From positions 1-44,881 of the forward strand of contig JAYEGS010000147.1 in the NCBI GenBank assembly GCA_034659215.1: a stretch of 44,881 nucleotides of DNA, read 5' to 3'. Position 1 is the first letter of the stretch, and every line of letters begins with the position of its first letter. A program made the position numbers and the translations under genes. The notes under the pieces were generated by a model. It was not told the origin of the DNA, ran no database searches, and saw nothing but the letters and a program-made list of their open reading frames with translations. This stretch comes from Pseudomonadota bacterium. Lineage in GTDB: Bacteria; Desulfobacterota; Anaeroferrophillalia; Anaeroferrophillales; Tharpellaceae. Positions 9,104-17,958 of the stretch are shown here, one piece after another.

Positions 9104-9924
9104 GTAAGGTTCAAGAATATTTTTACTCTCCCGCAGATCGTGAGCTTTTGCGAGCCAACAAGCTTGAGACATTTAGCAACTTATGGCAAGCTGAACTGAA
9201 CTGGTTTGAACCACCGAACTATCGGCGGTCGGGCTGGAGCGGTGCGGCCCGTTATGAGTTACGACAAGAAAATGGTGAGATGATCGGAGTTTTTATTAAA
9301 CGCCAGGAGAACCATCTCCGCAGAACCTTGCAATACCCCCAAGGCTGCCCGACCTTTCGTATCGAATGGCAAAACCTGAACAAACTGACAAAATATCAGG
9401 TCGAAGTTCCACGCCCGCTCTATTACGGCGAACGTTATGAAAACGGGAAACCCCAGGCGATCTTGATAACTTATGAATTAAAGGGATTTTCGGCTCTGGA
9501 TGAGTGGCTCCGGGGCGACCAGTGTCAAGGCGGCAACCAACATTTACGAAGTGACGTACTACCAGCGATTTCTGATGTCGTGCGCCGTTTTCATGATCAT
9601 CGCTTCCGCCACAACAGTCTCTACCCCAAACACATCATGCTCAAGGTACGCCAAGACGGCAACCTGACGGCAACCGACGTCAGTCTCATTGATCTGGAAA
9701 AATCACGACGGGTATTCTATCCCATGGGAGCTCGTATCCGCGATCTGGACACCCTGATGCGGCGTTGTCCGGAGTGGACAAGCCATGAAAAAGATCTTTT
9801 TCTCAACTACTACCTTAAAGCCGGACTCGAACACCTGCCCCCAGCTCAACTCGCCGATGAACTCTGGAAAGTTCCACTCGTCAAATGGGTTAAACGACGA
9901 ATTGCCGCCAAGTTGAAAAAATAG
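9100..9924 (+). CDS. InaA / Kdo-WaaP family lipopolysaccharide kinase-like protein
   Basis: WFEPPNYRRSGWSG, FIKRQENH, HNSLYPKHI, LIDLEKSR, RDLDTL motifs; start set at ATG 9100 (ATGA overlap). Confidence 0.85.
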   Translation: MSKVQEYFYSPADRELLRANKLETFSNLWQAELNWFEPPNYRRSGWSGAARYELRQENGEMIGVFIKRQENHLRRTLQYPQGCPTFRIEWQNLNKLTKYQVEVPRPLYYGERYENGKPQAILITYELKGFSALDEWLRGDQCQGGNQHLRSDVLPAISDVVRRFHDHRFRHNSLYPKHIMLKVRQDGNLTATDVSLIDLEKSRRVFYPMGARIRDLDTLMRRCPEWTSHEKDLFLNYYLKAGLEHLPPAQLADELWKVPLVKWVKRRIAAKLKK

Positions 9925-10035
9925 ATCAAAAAGTCAGGGCTTTCTGTAACATTTCCATAACCATCGCGCCGCCCTTCTCTTTGACATAATCATAAATTAC
10001 CGGCGTATTTAGTACATTAATAATTATAAAAGAGC

Positions 10036-10692
10036 TCAAAAGTCAAGCAGTTTTGCGGCCACGACATTACCCAAAGCCCAAACAACATCAAGCTGAAACA
10101 TCTGCTCAATATTTTTATCGAAGAGATACAGAGCCCGCGCGGGAAATTCATCGTCCTCCTCCCAGAGGGCGACGATCCATTCAACTCCGGGAAAGATCGT
10201 AAAAGAGAGGGCAAATTCGCCAAAATCAGCTGGTTTAGCGCCCCACTTTTCGCCTTTTTCCAACAACTGCGAACCATCCCGGCCAAAATGCTGGGCGATA
10301 AGAGCGGAAGCCATCACATGCGGGCCGCGAAAAAAAGTAGTTCCACCGGTCAGATGAAATTCATTAACCAGTTCAACTGTTTCCGGTATCTGTCGGCCAT
10401 CTGCAAGAAAGTCGAGCAGGACCATAACCACCAGCCCATCCTGATAAGTGGGCTGCGGCCCTTTACCGCCGTCAAATAAGATATTAAAAGATTCAGGTTC
10501 AAGCCTGAGACAGCGGTTAAACCAGGGCAGTTCGAGCCCATTGCCTGCAACCCGGACAGCAGGAAACAGTTCACCCTTATTGCCCCCCACTAAATTCGCA
10601 ACGGTGCGCCACCAACGGGAGTTAAGCTGATCAAAGCGGGAATATTGACAATTTTCTTCGGGATTAACTGGAATGATGCTATTTTTTGTCAC
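10036..10692 (-). CDS. DUF3786 domain-containing protein
   Basis: GGTTFFRGPH, FPGV..LWEEDDEFPARA..LFD..LDVVWAL motif. Confidence 0.8.
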   Translation of the reverse strand: MTKNSIIPVNPEENCQYSRFDQLNSRWWRTVANLVGGNKGELFPAVRVAGNGLELPWFNRCLRLEPESFNILFDGGKGPQPTYQDGLVVMVLLDFLADGRQIPETVELVNEFHLTGGTTFFRGPHVMASALIAQHFGRDGSQLLEKGEKWGAKPADFGEFALSFTIFPGVEWIVALWEEDDEFPARALYLFDKNIEQMFQLDVVWALGNVVAAKLLDF

Positions 10693-10733
10693 AACCTTAG
10701 ATCCCTTCTTAAAATATCATGGGATGGCTAAGC

Positions 10734-11933
10734 TCACAAGAGAACCTCAATCTTTTGCTCTTTACCACCTCTTTCAATCAGCAGTTCAACCGTCTCACCT
10801 TTGCTCTTTTTCAAGAGCAGGAGCGAGAGGTCAAGCGGCTCTTCGAGGCTGTTTCCGGCACAAGTTATTATCAGATCGCCAATCTTAAGACCGTGCTTTT
10901 CCGCCGCACTCCCCGCTGCAACCATGACAATCTCAATCCCCCGATCCGCATCCTTAAGCCCGACTCCGAGTTTAACCTGTTGATCCTTGAGGTTGCGATA
11001 GGGTACGCACCAGAGATAGTCACCAAGATAGAGGGGCAGATCCGGGAAATCGACATCCATGGTTCGGCGCTCATTCTCGACTAAAGCAAGCGGGGTATGG
11101 GTCAAAAGAACACAGTAGGGAACTTTTTTTCGTTGGAAAACCCGGCGCGGCAGACCGTAGCCCCGGGCGACATGAAAACCTCCGGCGATAACCACCAACA
11201 ATTTTCCCTCCCCGACCGGACTCTCAAGATAGGCAGCAATGTTATCAGCCATGGTCTCTTCCCAAAGCTGATGAACTTTAAGAAACTTGCTAATATTACC
11301 ATGACCCTCGACATGACCGGCAAACATCGCTTGTAAAGCCTGCTCCTGATACGGATCATCCAGCGATTGTGCCGGATTTTCGAGTGAACTCTTACCCATT
11401 TCAGATGATTTGAGCCCCTGCATAAAGGCCATTTTCTCATGCCGACTAACGTTTAAAGCCCGCACCGGAATCTGGCGCGACTGCAAAAAAGCAAAAATCT
11501 CCCGGTAATAGACAAACTCAGCCATACTCCAGTCATCGGCAAACAGACGGATAAAATCATCCTCGGAAAGTTCTCCGGCGAGCCATTGATCGACCTTTTC
11601 CTGGTTGACATGGGCCAACATCTCAAAACCGACCGCTAAACGCTCCGGAAAACGTTGATAAAGATTTTTAACCACCTCCAACTCAACCTGATGATCATAG
11701 ATATTATCATGTCCCTCACCGATATAAACAATTTGTTCATTAGCCAGAAGTGAGAAGAGTTCAGGCCGGGTCAACCTCATCCCGGTCGGCAGATGAATTA
11801 TTTCATCACGCTGCATCGTGTCGGGATCAACATAAGGAGATCCGTCAACCATAATTTGGGATTGTCGAGAACCGCAGGCAGTCAGTAAAAACATCGCCAA
11901 CAACAGGAAGAATGGTAAAGGGAAGAATTTCAA
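10734..11933 (-). CDS. ChaN-family (heme/iron uptake) lipoprotein with C-terminal PDZ domain
   Basis: Lipobox LTAC; VYIGEGHDN..H..EL, GFEML, QLWEETMA, IAGGFHV..GYG; PDZ GSAAEKHGLKIGDLI; AAGGAG RBS before TTG. Confidence 0.85.
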   Translation of the reverse strand: MKFFPLPFFLLLAMFLLTACGSRQSQIMVDGSPYVDPDTMQRDEIIHLPTGMRLTRPELFSLLANEQIVYIGEGHDNIYDHQVELEVVKNLYQRFPERLAVGFEMLAHVNQEKVDQWLAGELSEDDFIRLFADDWSMAEFVYYREIFAFLQSRQIPVRALNVSRHEKMAFMQGLKSSEMGKSSLENPAQSLDDPYQEQALQAMFAGHVEGHGNISKFLKVHQLWEETMADNIAAYLESPVGEGKLLVVIAGGFHVARGYGLPRRVFQRKKVPYCVLLTHTPLALVENERRTMDVDFPDLPLYLGDYLWCVPYRNLKDQQVKLGVGLKDADRGIEIVMVAAGSAAEKHGLKIGDLIITCAGNSLEEPLDLSLLLLKKSKGETVELLIERGGKEQKIEVLL

Positions 11934-12030
11934 AATTTAGGTTCTCCTTGATTTAGTTATTGCCATTAGTAATGTTTTTTTGCTAAAAGGCAGTCCATTT
12001 TTCTACTTTCCACCCATACTTGAGAATCTA

Positions 12031-13350
12031 TTGCATACACAAAAAAAACCACCCTTCTATTACGGTTGGATTATCGTTGCCACCTCTTTTATCACGCTCG
12101 GGGTGGCCTTTGGGGTCTGGTACTCATTCTCAGTCTTTTACATTGCCATCATTAATAATTTTGCCTGGTCGCGAGCAACTACGGCCGGGGTTTTTTCCCT
12201 CTTTACGATCTCGCACTATCTGTGTGCTTTTCTGACCGGTTGGCTAATCGATCGTTTCGGCCCCCGATTAGTGATCCCGGCCGGGGCCTTGTGGCTGGCC
12301 GTATCCTTGAGCCTGCTCACAAAAGCGCAGGATATTTTCGATTTTTACCTGGTTTACGGAATCCTTGCCGCCATCGGCGTCAGTCTCATCGGTTTCGTCC
12401 CTCATGCAACCTTTCTCCCCCGTTGGTTTGTTCGACGTCGAGGGCTGGCTTTAGGTCTGGCCATGGCCGGGGTCGGAGTCGGCATGCTGATAGTGCCCCC
12501 GGCCATGCAGCATCTCATCAGCACCCACAACTGGCGCCACGCTTACCAAGTATTAGCCATCATAGTGCTTTTCATTATTCCGATCAATCTCTTTTTCCAA
12601 CGTCGTGATCCGCAGCAGATCGGTCTGCGACCGGATGGTGCAATCCGGCCGGCAAACCAGTCTCTCTCCATCGAAAAAGAAAGCAAGGAAGGCGCTATCA
12701 TCATCGACCAAAAATGGGCCGCCATTGAATGGACCAGCGGTAAAGCCTTGAGAACCAAGCGTTTCTGGTATCTAGCCGCAGCCTTTTTCCTCGGCCCATT
12801 TGCCATTCAAGGGGTTCTTTTACATGCCGTTGCCGGCCTCGTCGATGGCGGCATGACGGCCCGGATGGCGGCCTTTACTTTCGGAGTTCTGGGCATCTGC
12901 GGTTCAATCGGCAAAATAACCTTAGGCTTTTTCGGCGACCGCTGGAACCGCGAAACCGCAAACACCATAGGCATGGCGGCCGCTACCCTGGGAGTTCTGG
13001 CCCTGGCCGGGATGCAACTGCTACCCCAACTGCCGCAACAACTACTACCCTGGGTTTTTGCCGCCGGATTCGGATTCGGTTATGGTGCGGCCGCCCCCCT
13101 CTACCCTTCAATTGCCGCAGATATTTTTCAAGGTCGTCATTTTGGCCGGATTTTCGGCCTGCTTTCGTTAAATCTAGGTTTTGGCGGGGCCGCCGGAGCC
13201 TGGTTTTCCGGCCTCATCTTTGATCAGACCGGCTCATACCTAACAGCTTTTATTTTCGACATCGTTGCCCTCTGGCTCTCCTGCCTCTGTTTCTGGCTGG
13301 CCGCCCCACGCCTGATCCGTCTCAGCCACAATCGCAAAGTTGCTGATTAA
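12031..13350 (+). CDS. MFS transporter (OFA/monocarboxylate-like)
   Basis: FYYGWII, WSRATT, GWLIDRFGPR motif A, WFVRRRGLALG, about 12 hydrophobic segments; start uncertain (TTG 12031 or 11980). Confidence 0.88.
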   Translation: MHTQKKPPFYYGWIIVATSFITLGVAFGVWYSFSVFYIAIINNFAWSRATTAGVFSLFTISHYLCAFLTGWLIDRFGPRLVIPAGALWLAVSLSLLTKAQDIFDFYLVYGILAAIGVSLIGFVPHATFLPRWFVRRRGLALGLAMAGVGVGMLIVPPAMQHLISTHNWRHAYQVLAIIVLFIIPINLFFQRRDPQQIGLRPDGAIRPANQSLSIEKESKEGAIIIDQKWAAIEWTSGKALRTKRFWYLAAAFFLGPFAIQGVLLHAVAGLVDGGMTARMAAFTFGVLGICGSIGKITLGFFGDRWNRETANTIGMAAATLGVLALAGMQLLPQLPQQLLPWVFAAGFGFGYGAAAPLYPSIAADIFQGRHFGRIFGLLSLNLGFGGAAGAWFSGLIFDQTGSYLTAFIFDIVALWLSCLCFWLAAPRLIRLSHNRKVAD

Positions 13351-13379
13351 TGATGCTTACCAAACCTGAAAATGGATAG

Positions 13380-13408
13380 TTGACAATTTCTACCATTGTC
13401 ACTACTTA
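13380..13408 (+). promoter_or_regulatory. Putative promoter/operator of the diguanylate cyclase
   Basis: TTGACA-N17-TACTTA overlapping the palindrome TGACAAT-N7-ATTGTCA. Confidence 0.35.
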
Positions 13409-13415
13409 ATTAAAC

Positions 13416-14813
13416 ATGAAGAAACATTTCACGAAAAGCATCAGTCATGACCTTTTTTTCAGAATGGTAGGTTTCGGCATCGGGATGGGAGTAACCTTCC
13501 CATTCTTTACCTATTTTCTTCTTGACCTACCAACCCATAAAGTCTTCAGCCCCCTCTTTTTCTCTCTCTGTATAGCAGCCGGCATTGCCGTTGGCCTGTG
13601 CAACTACTACCTCTTCAAAATGGTGGTTGACCTTTACCTTAAACGTATCCAGTCAAAACTTACAGACTTTCGCCAAAACCTGGAAAACATGTTCTGGAAA
13701 GACGATAGTGACCTTGATCCCAAAAAATATTTTCTAGAAGTTGATTCAGCCGATACCATAGGAGCGATCACCCAGGAATATAACATCTTCATGGCTACTT
13801 TCTACCGGATTCTCAAAGCTGAACGAGATACAGCTAATTTTCTCGAACGCCTCCAGCAAAAAGTCAAGATGAAAGCGATGGCCGAAACTATAGTCGAGGT
13901 CTTCAAAGAATATTTCGGAGCTGATGGAGGCTGTCTCTACAGTTTGGAGAGTGGTCGTTTGCGACAAATTAATAACTGCCATTTAATGGTCGACAACGAG
14001 GCTCTTGACCAAGATTATTGTTACGAGATCATCAAACGGGGAGAAATGGTTGTCTTTGAAGATATCGACAACCTGCCGGTGCGCTTTAATATTGGCATTG
14101 GTTCTTTGAAACCCAATGCCATCGCTTACATGCCCCTCATCTACCAATCCCGACCGGTTGGGCTGTGCATTCTCAGTGCCAACAAAGAATTTAAGGCCAA
14201 TTTTTTCTCACTTGAGAGCCGCAACCTGATTAACCAGGCCGCCCCATTTCTCCACAACAGCATACTTATGAAAAAACTGGAAGTTTTGGCTGCAGTGGAT
14301 GAGCTAACCTGCCTGCTCAACCGCCGCTACGGCATGAAACGTCTCAATGAGGAGTATGAAAGGGCAAAACGACATCAGTTGCCGCTGGCTGTCACGATGA
14401 TCGATATCGACAATTTCAAACAACTCAATGATACTTATGGACATCAAGCCGGCGATGAAATCCTTAAAGAATTTTCCGGACTCATTGGAGAAGAGATCAG
14501 GGTTACCGAGTTCGCCTTACGCTACGGTGGTGAGGAGTTCATGATCGTTATCCCCGGAGCCTCGGCTATAAACTGCCACAAGGTCATTGAACGCCTACGC
14601 CGCAAAGTTGAAGGCCTGAATGTCCAGTTCCAACAAAATAAGTTGAATTTTACTTTCAGCGCCGGCATTGCCGTCTACCCGGGCGAGAACATCGCCGACC
14701 AAGCTCAACTGATCAATGCCACCGACATCGCTCTCTATCAGGCTAAAGACCGAGGAAAAAACCAAATAGTCATTTATTCATCCACCGATCTGCCGAAAAC
14801 CCTTAAATCATAA
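13416..14813 (+). CDS. Membrane-anchored diguanylate cyclase (2 TM + GAF-like + GGDEF)
   Basis: DELTCLLNRR, DIDNFKQLNDTYGHQAGD, RYGGEEF, ALYQAKDRGKN. Confidence 0.92.
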   Translation: MKKHFTKSISHDLFFRMVGFGIGMGVTFPFFTYFLLDLPTHKVFSPLFFSLCIAAGIAVGLCNYYLFKMVVDLYLKRIQSKLTDFRQNLENMFWKDDSDLDPKKYFLEVDSADTIGAITQEYNIFMATFYRILKAERDTANFLERLQQKVKMKAMAETIVEVFKEYFGADGGCLYSLESGRLRQINNCHLMVDNEALDQDYCYEIIKRGEMVVFEDIDNLPVRFNIGIGSLKPNAIAYMPLIYQSRPVGLCILSANKEFKANFFSLESRNLINQAAPFLHNSILMKKLEVLAAVDELTCLLNRRYGMKRLNEEYERAKRHQLPLAVTMIDIDNFKQLNDTYGHQAGDEILKEFSGLIGEEIRVTEFALRYGGEEFMIVIPGASAINCHKVIERLRRKVEGLNVQFQQNKLNFTFSAGIAVYPGENIADQAQLINATDIALYQAKDRGKNQIVIYSSTDLPKTLKS

Positions 14814-14852
14814 TCCACTACATAGTGAAAAATACAAGGTAATCAATTAAAT

Positions 14853-15605
14853 ATGTACAGTTTCATTACCAACCTCATCAATGCCATCCGCAGTATTCTC
14901 GTGATCGTCCCCAACACCTGTTTCTGGGCTATATTCTGTTGCCTGTCAACCTTCACCCCCTGGTCACGACGCGGCGTCGAATTCGGCGGCAGCTGCTGGG
15001 GCTGGATAAATTTGAGACTGAATGGGGTCAAGGTCATCTACCGAGGCCTGGAGAATATCGACCCCCATCAAACCTACATGGTCATCGCCAACCATAAAAG
15101 TTTTCTTGATATCTACACAATTTTCAGTTGCCGGGCGCTCTACTGTCTCTTCGTCGCCAAACGGGAACTGACAAAAATTCCAATCTTCGGCACTGCTCTA
15201 CAACGTAGCGGGTCGATAATTATTGATCGGGGCAACCGTAAAGAAGCGATCTCACGGCTTAAAGCCCAAGGCAAGATCTTAAAAAGCCGTGAAACATCAA
15301 TCGTTCTCTTCGCTGAAGGAACCCGTATTCCGACATCTATCCGCTTAGGAAAATTTAAAAAGGGGGGCTTTATGCTGGCCTCGCAACTGGATCTGCCAAT
15401 CCTGCCTTTAACCATCAGCAACAGCGGCAACCTGCAACCCAAAGGCAAGATCGCGATCAAACCAGGCACCATAACCCTGACCTTCAGTCCAGCTATTGAA
15501 ACACCTGATTTTAATGAAGAAATCAGTCCTAGAGAGATGGTGGAAGAGATGAACAAGGTGATGGAAAAAACCAGAGAAGCGATCGACTCACACCTATTAG
15601 ATTAG
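14853..15605 (+). CDS. plsC: 1-acyl-sn-glycerol-3-phosphate acyltransferase
   Basis: ANHKSFLD (HX4D), FVAKREL, IIDR, FAEGTR, FKKGGF. Confidence 0.88.
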   Translation: MYSFITNLINAIRSILVIVPNTCFWAIFCCLSTFTPWSRRGVEFGGSCWGWINLRLNGVKVIYRGLENIDPHQTYMVIANHKSFLDIYTIFSCRALYCLFVAKRELTKIPIFGTALQRSGSIIIDRGNRKEAISRLKAQGKILKSRETSIVLFAEGTRIPTSIRLGKFKKGGFMLASQLDLPILPLTISNSGNLQPKGKIAIKPGTITLTFSPAIETPDFNEEISPREMVEEMNKVMEKTREAIDSHLLD

Positions 15606-15619
15606 GGGGATTGATCACC

Positions 15620-16501
15620 TCACACTTTCCGCAAAAGTTCTGAGACTTCACCCAAGAAACCGTCAACTCTCATCTCACCAGACAGTTCCGGAATTTCTTT
15701 TACAACCCGGCCGCCGGCCGCCTGAAGCATTCTTTCCCGCCTCCTCTGTTGCGCCTGAAATTTTGCCTGCCAGAACGGGTGGTCGTTACAGAGTTCTAAC
15801 GGCAGCATCTTGTTTAAAATAAAACCATTGACGCCAATACCGAATTTGCTCAATGAATCGGCAATGTTAAGCGCCTGTTCAACCGGCAGGCGCTCCGGGT
15901 TAGCAACCACCCAAGCGGTTGTCTCTGTTTGCAAAAGTTCGATAATTTGGGCGGTCAAATGCTTCCATCTGTTGATCAGCGCCAACGGATCTACCTTGTT
16001 GAAAACAGTTTTCACCTTCATATAAACCTTCTGGGCCTGGGTCAGGTGGGTGTAAAAGAGCTGCTGAATGAAAAGCAGATTGAGGGTAGTCACCGTCGGT
16101 GCCGTATCCCAAACAATCGTCTGGTAAGTGCCCGATTGAGCCATCGTCAAAAGATAATCGAGCATAAACTCCTCCTCAATCCCCGGAGCCCCCTCAATAT
16201 AGTCGATAATTTCACGTCCGACGGGCAGAAAAGATGACAACACTGCATAAATCTCATCGGCAAATTTCTCCCGCCATAAGTCCAGAACCAATTGACGCGT
16301 TAATTCCACGGCGTCAAGATTAGCCGCAACTTCCGTGACTTTCTGGTCGAGTGGCTGAGAAAAAATCTCCGACAGGGAACCGGAAGGGTCAGTCGAAATC
16401 AGCAGGGTTTTACCCGATTGTGCATAGTGCAAAGCGGTCGCAACCGACATTGTCGTTTTCCCGACTCCGCCTTTTCCGGTAAACATCTCGATTTTTGTCA
16501 T
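15620..16501 (-). CDS. Single-domain ArsA/GET3-family ATPase
   Basis: GKGGVGKTT, STDPSGSL, APGIEE, WDTAPTVTTL, ILNK. Confidence 0.87.
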   Translation of the reverse strand: MTKIEMFTGKGGVGKTTMSVATALHYAQSGKTLLISTDPSGSLSEIFSQPLDQKVTEVAANLDAVELTRQLVLDLWREKFADEIYAVLSSFLPVGREIIDYIEGAPGIEEEFMLDYLLTMAQSGTYQTIVWDTAPTVTTLNLLFIQQLFYTHLTQAQKVYMKVKTVFNKVDPLALINRWKHLTAQIIELLQTETTAWVVANPERLPVEQALNIADSLSKFGIGVNGFILNKMLPLELCNDHPFWQAKFQAQQRRRERMLQAAGGRVVKEIPELSGEMRVDGFLGEVSELLRKV

Positions 16502-16526
16502 TTTTCATACCTCAACATCTATAATT

Positions 16527-16793
16527 CAGTACTGTCCGGTTAGCAACTTGCTATGCAAGAAATCTAGGGATATCGGGTTGTTTTCTGAAACGTCTCGCAA
16601 AATTTTGTTATTTTTCCCAGCGAACACCCTAAAGGGTATAAATTTCGCCAAAAAATTGCGACTGTTTGAGTGAGGTACGAGTGAGTTTCGCAATTTTGGC
16701 GTAATGAGCGCTGGAAAAATAAAAATTTTGCGTAAGAAGTGGAAGAAAATTACCCGATATCCCGGGTTGCAATCAGCAAACCGAACACTGCTG
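16527..16793. repeat. Long imperfect palindrome (267 bp), family C, MITE-like
   Basis: Nested inverted arms: CAGTACTGTCCGGTT/AACCGAACACTGCTG (12/15), GGGATATCGGGT/ACCCGATATCCC (12/12), CGCAAAATTTT/AAAATTTTGCG, TTATTTTTCCCAGCG/CGCTGGAAAAATAA, CGCCAAAAAATTGCGA/TCGCAATTTTGGCG. Confidence 0.8.
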
Positions 16794-16805
16794 CCTTTAA
16801 TTAAG

Positions 16806-16841
16806 AAAAAAAAAGGTCTCGGAAAAAACCGAAACCTTTTT
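16806..16841 (-). terminator. Rho-independent terminator downstream of pgsA
   Basis: Minus strand AAAGGTTTCGG-TTTTTT-CCGAGACC followed by T9. Confidence 0.7.
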
Positions 16842-16880
16842 GTCAAAACGCCAACTACTACCATGAAAAAAACAAACTGA

Positions 16881-17507
16881 TTATTCCGACATTAACAAAT
16901 TAAAGCTCTCTTTTAAATAGGCATAGCCCGTCCACATTGTGTAGAGAAATGCTATCCAAAGAAAAAAGATACCCACAGTATGAGCATCAGCACCCAAAAA
17001 AGGGTAATGAATAATCAAAGCTACAACCGCCACGATCTGAAAAATTGTTTTGTACTTTGCCATGGCGCTGGCGGCAATAACTACCCCCTTCTCAGCCGCT
17101 ATCGCCCGCAAACCGGTAATTGCCGTCTCCCGACAGAGTATCAAACATACAATCCATGCCGGAGCCCGCTGCAAATGAACCAGCATCACCAAAGTCGACA
17201 ACAATAGAATCTTATCCGCCAGGGGATCAAGCAGTTTACCAAGGGTCGATTCAAAATTATATTTTCTTGCCAGATAGCCATCAAGCCCATCGGTAATTGC
17301 AGCCACAACCACCAGGAGCGCTGTCAACAGATTCAACCAGCGACTGTCAAAATAGAGTAGTATTATAATCAGGGGAACAATAAGGATACGACTACAGGTC
17401 AAAAGGTTCGGCAGATTGGAGGGTTCACTCAATACCGACCTGAGCCTGGACAGAGATGGAGAAATAAAATTCTTGCTCAAATCCGAGAAATTATTATTCT
17501 GAGCCAT
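16881..17507 (-). CDS. pgsA: CDP-diacylglycerol--glycerol-3-phosphate 3-phosphatidyltransferase
   Basis: NLPNLLTCSRI, TDGLDGYLARK, GKLLDPLADK, RE..ITGLR, KYKT; start placed at ATG 17507 overlapping the ihfB end (ORF-track start 17672 lies deep inside ihfB). Confidence 0.92.
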   Translation of the reverse strand: MAQNNNFSDLSKNFISPSLSRLRSVLSEPSNLPNLLTCSRILIVPLIIILLYFDSRWLNLLTALLVVVAAITDGLDGYLARKYNFESTLGKLLDPLADKILLLSTLVMLVHLQRAPAWIVCLILCRETAITGLRAIAAEKGVVIAASAMAKYKTIFQIVAVVALIIHYPFLGADAHTVGIFFLWIAFLYTMWTGYAYLKESFNLLMSE

Positions 17508-17781
17508 TTCGGTTAATCCGTTCTTTAAGGTCTTTGCCAACTTTAAAAAATGGTAGCCGTTTCTCACCGACCTCGATTGATTCGCCGGTTTTCGGATTAC
17601 GACCGGTATAGGCTTTATAATATTCGATATGAAAACTGCCAAACCCCCGTAACTCAATGCGATCTTCATCAAACAGAGCTTTTTTCATATTATCAACGAC
17701 CAGATTGACAATTGTTTCAGAAACCTTGAGATTTAGGTCGGAACGATTCGCTAATTCTTCAATCAGCTCAGATTTATTCAT
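17494..17781 (-). CDS. ihfB: Integration host factor beta subunit / HU family
   Basis: MNKSELIE, RIELRGFGSF, GRNPKTGE, PFFKVGKDLKERIN. Confidence 0.88.
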   Translation of the reverse strand: MNKSELIEELANRSDLNLKVSETIVNLVVDNMKKALFDEDRIELRGFGSFHIEYYKAYTGRNPKTGESIEVGEKRLPFFKVGKDLKERINRNGSE

Positions 17782-17958
17782 AGTAAAACCTTGAAACCCT
17801 ATAGTCTTACCAGGGCCAAACAGATAATTTTAATTATATTCGAGAACGGCAATTATTATTTAATGCGTTCGCACTTCTTAACCATCTTATTTTATTAGCA
17901 ATATCTAATTGATAATGTCAAGCAATTTTTATAGGCAGCCGTCCGAGAATGCCATTTC

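Noticed and set aside
16526-16864. 112-aa minus-strand ORF between pgsA and the ArsA-like gene
   Set aside because: Runs through a terminator and the long palindrome; no recognisable protein features
16794-16880. tRNA cluster often found after pgsA
   Set aside because: No cloverleaf or T-loop GTTCRA signature; a terminator follows directly
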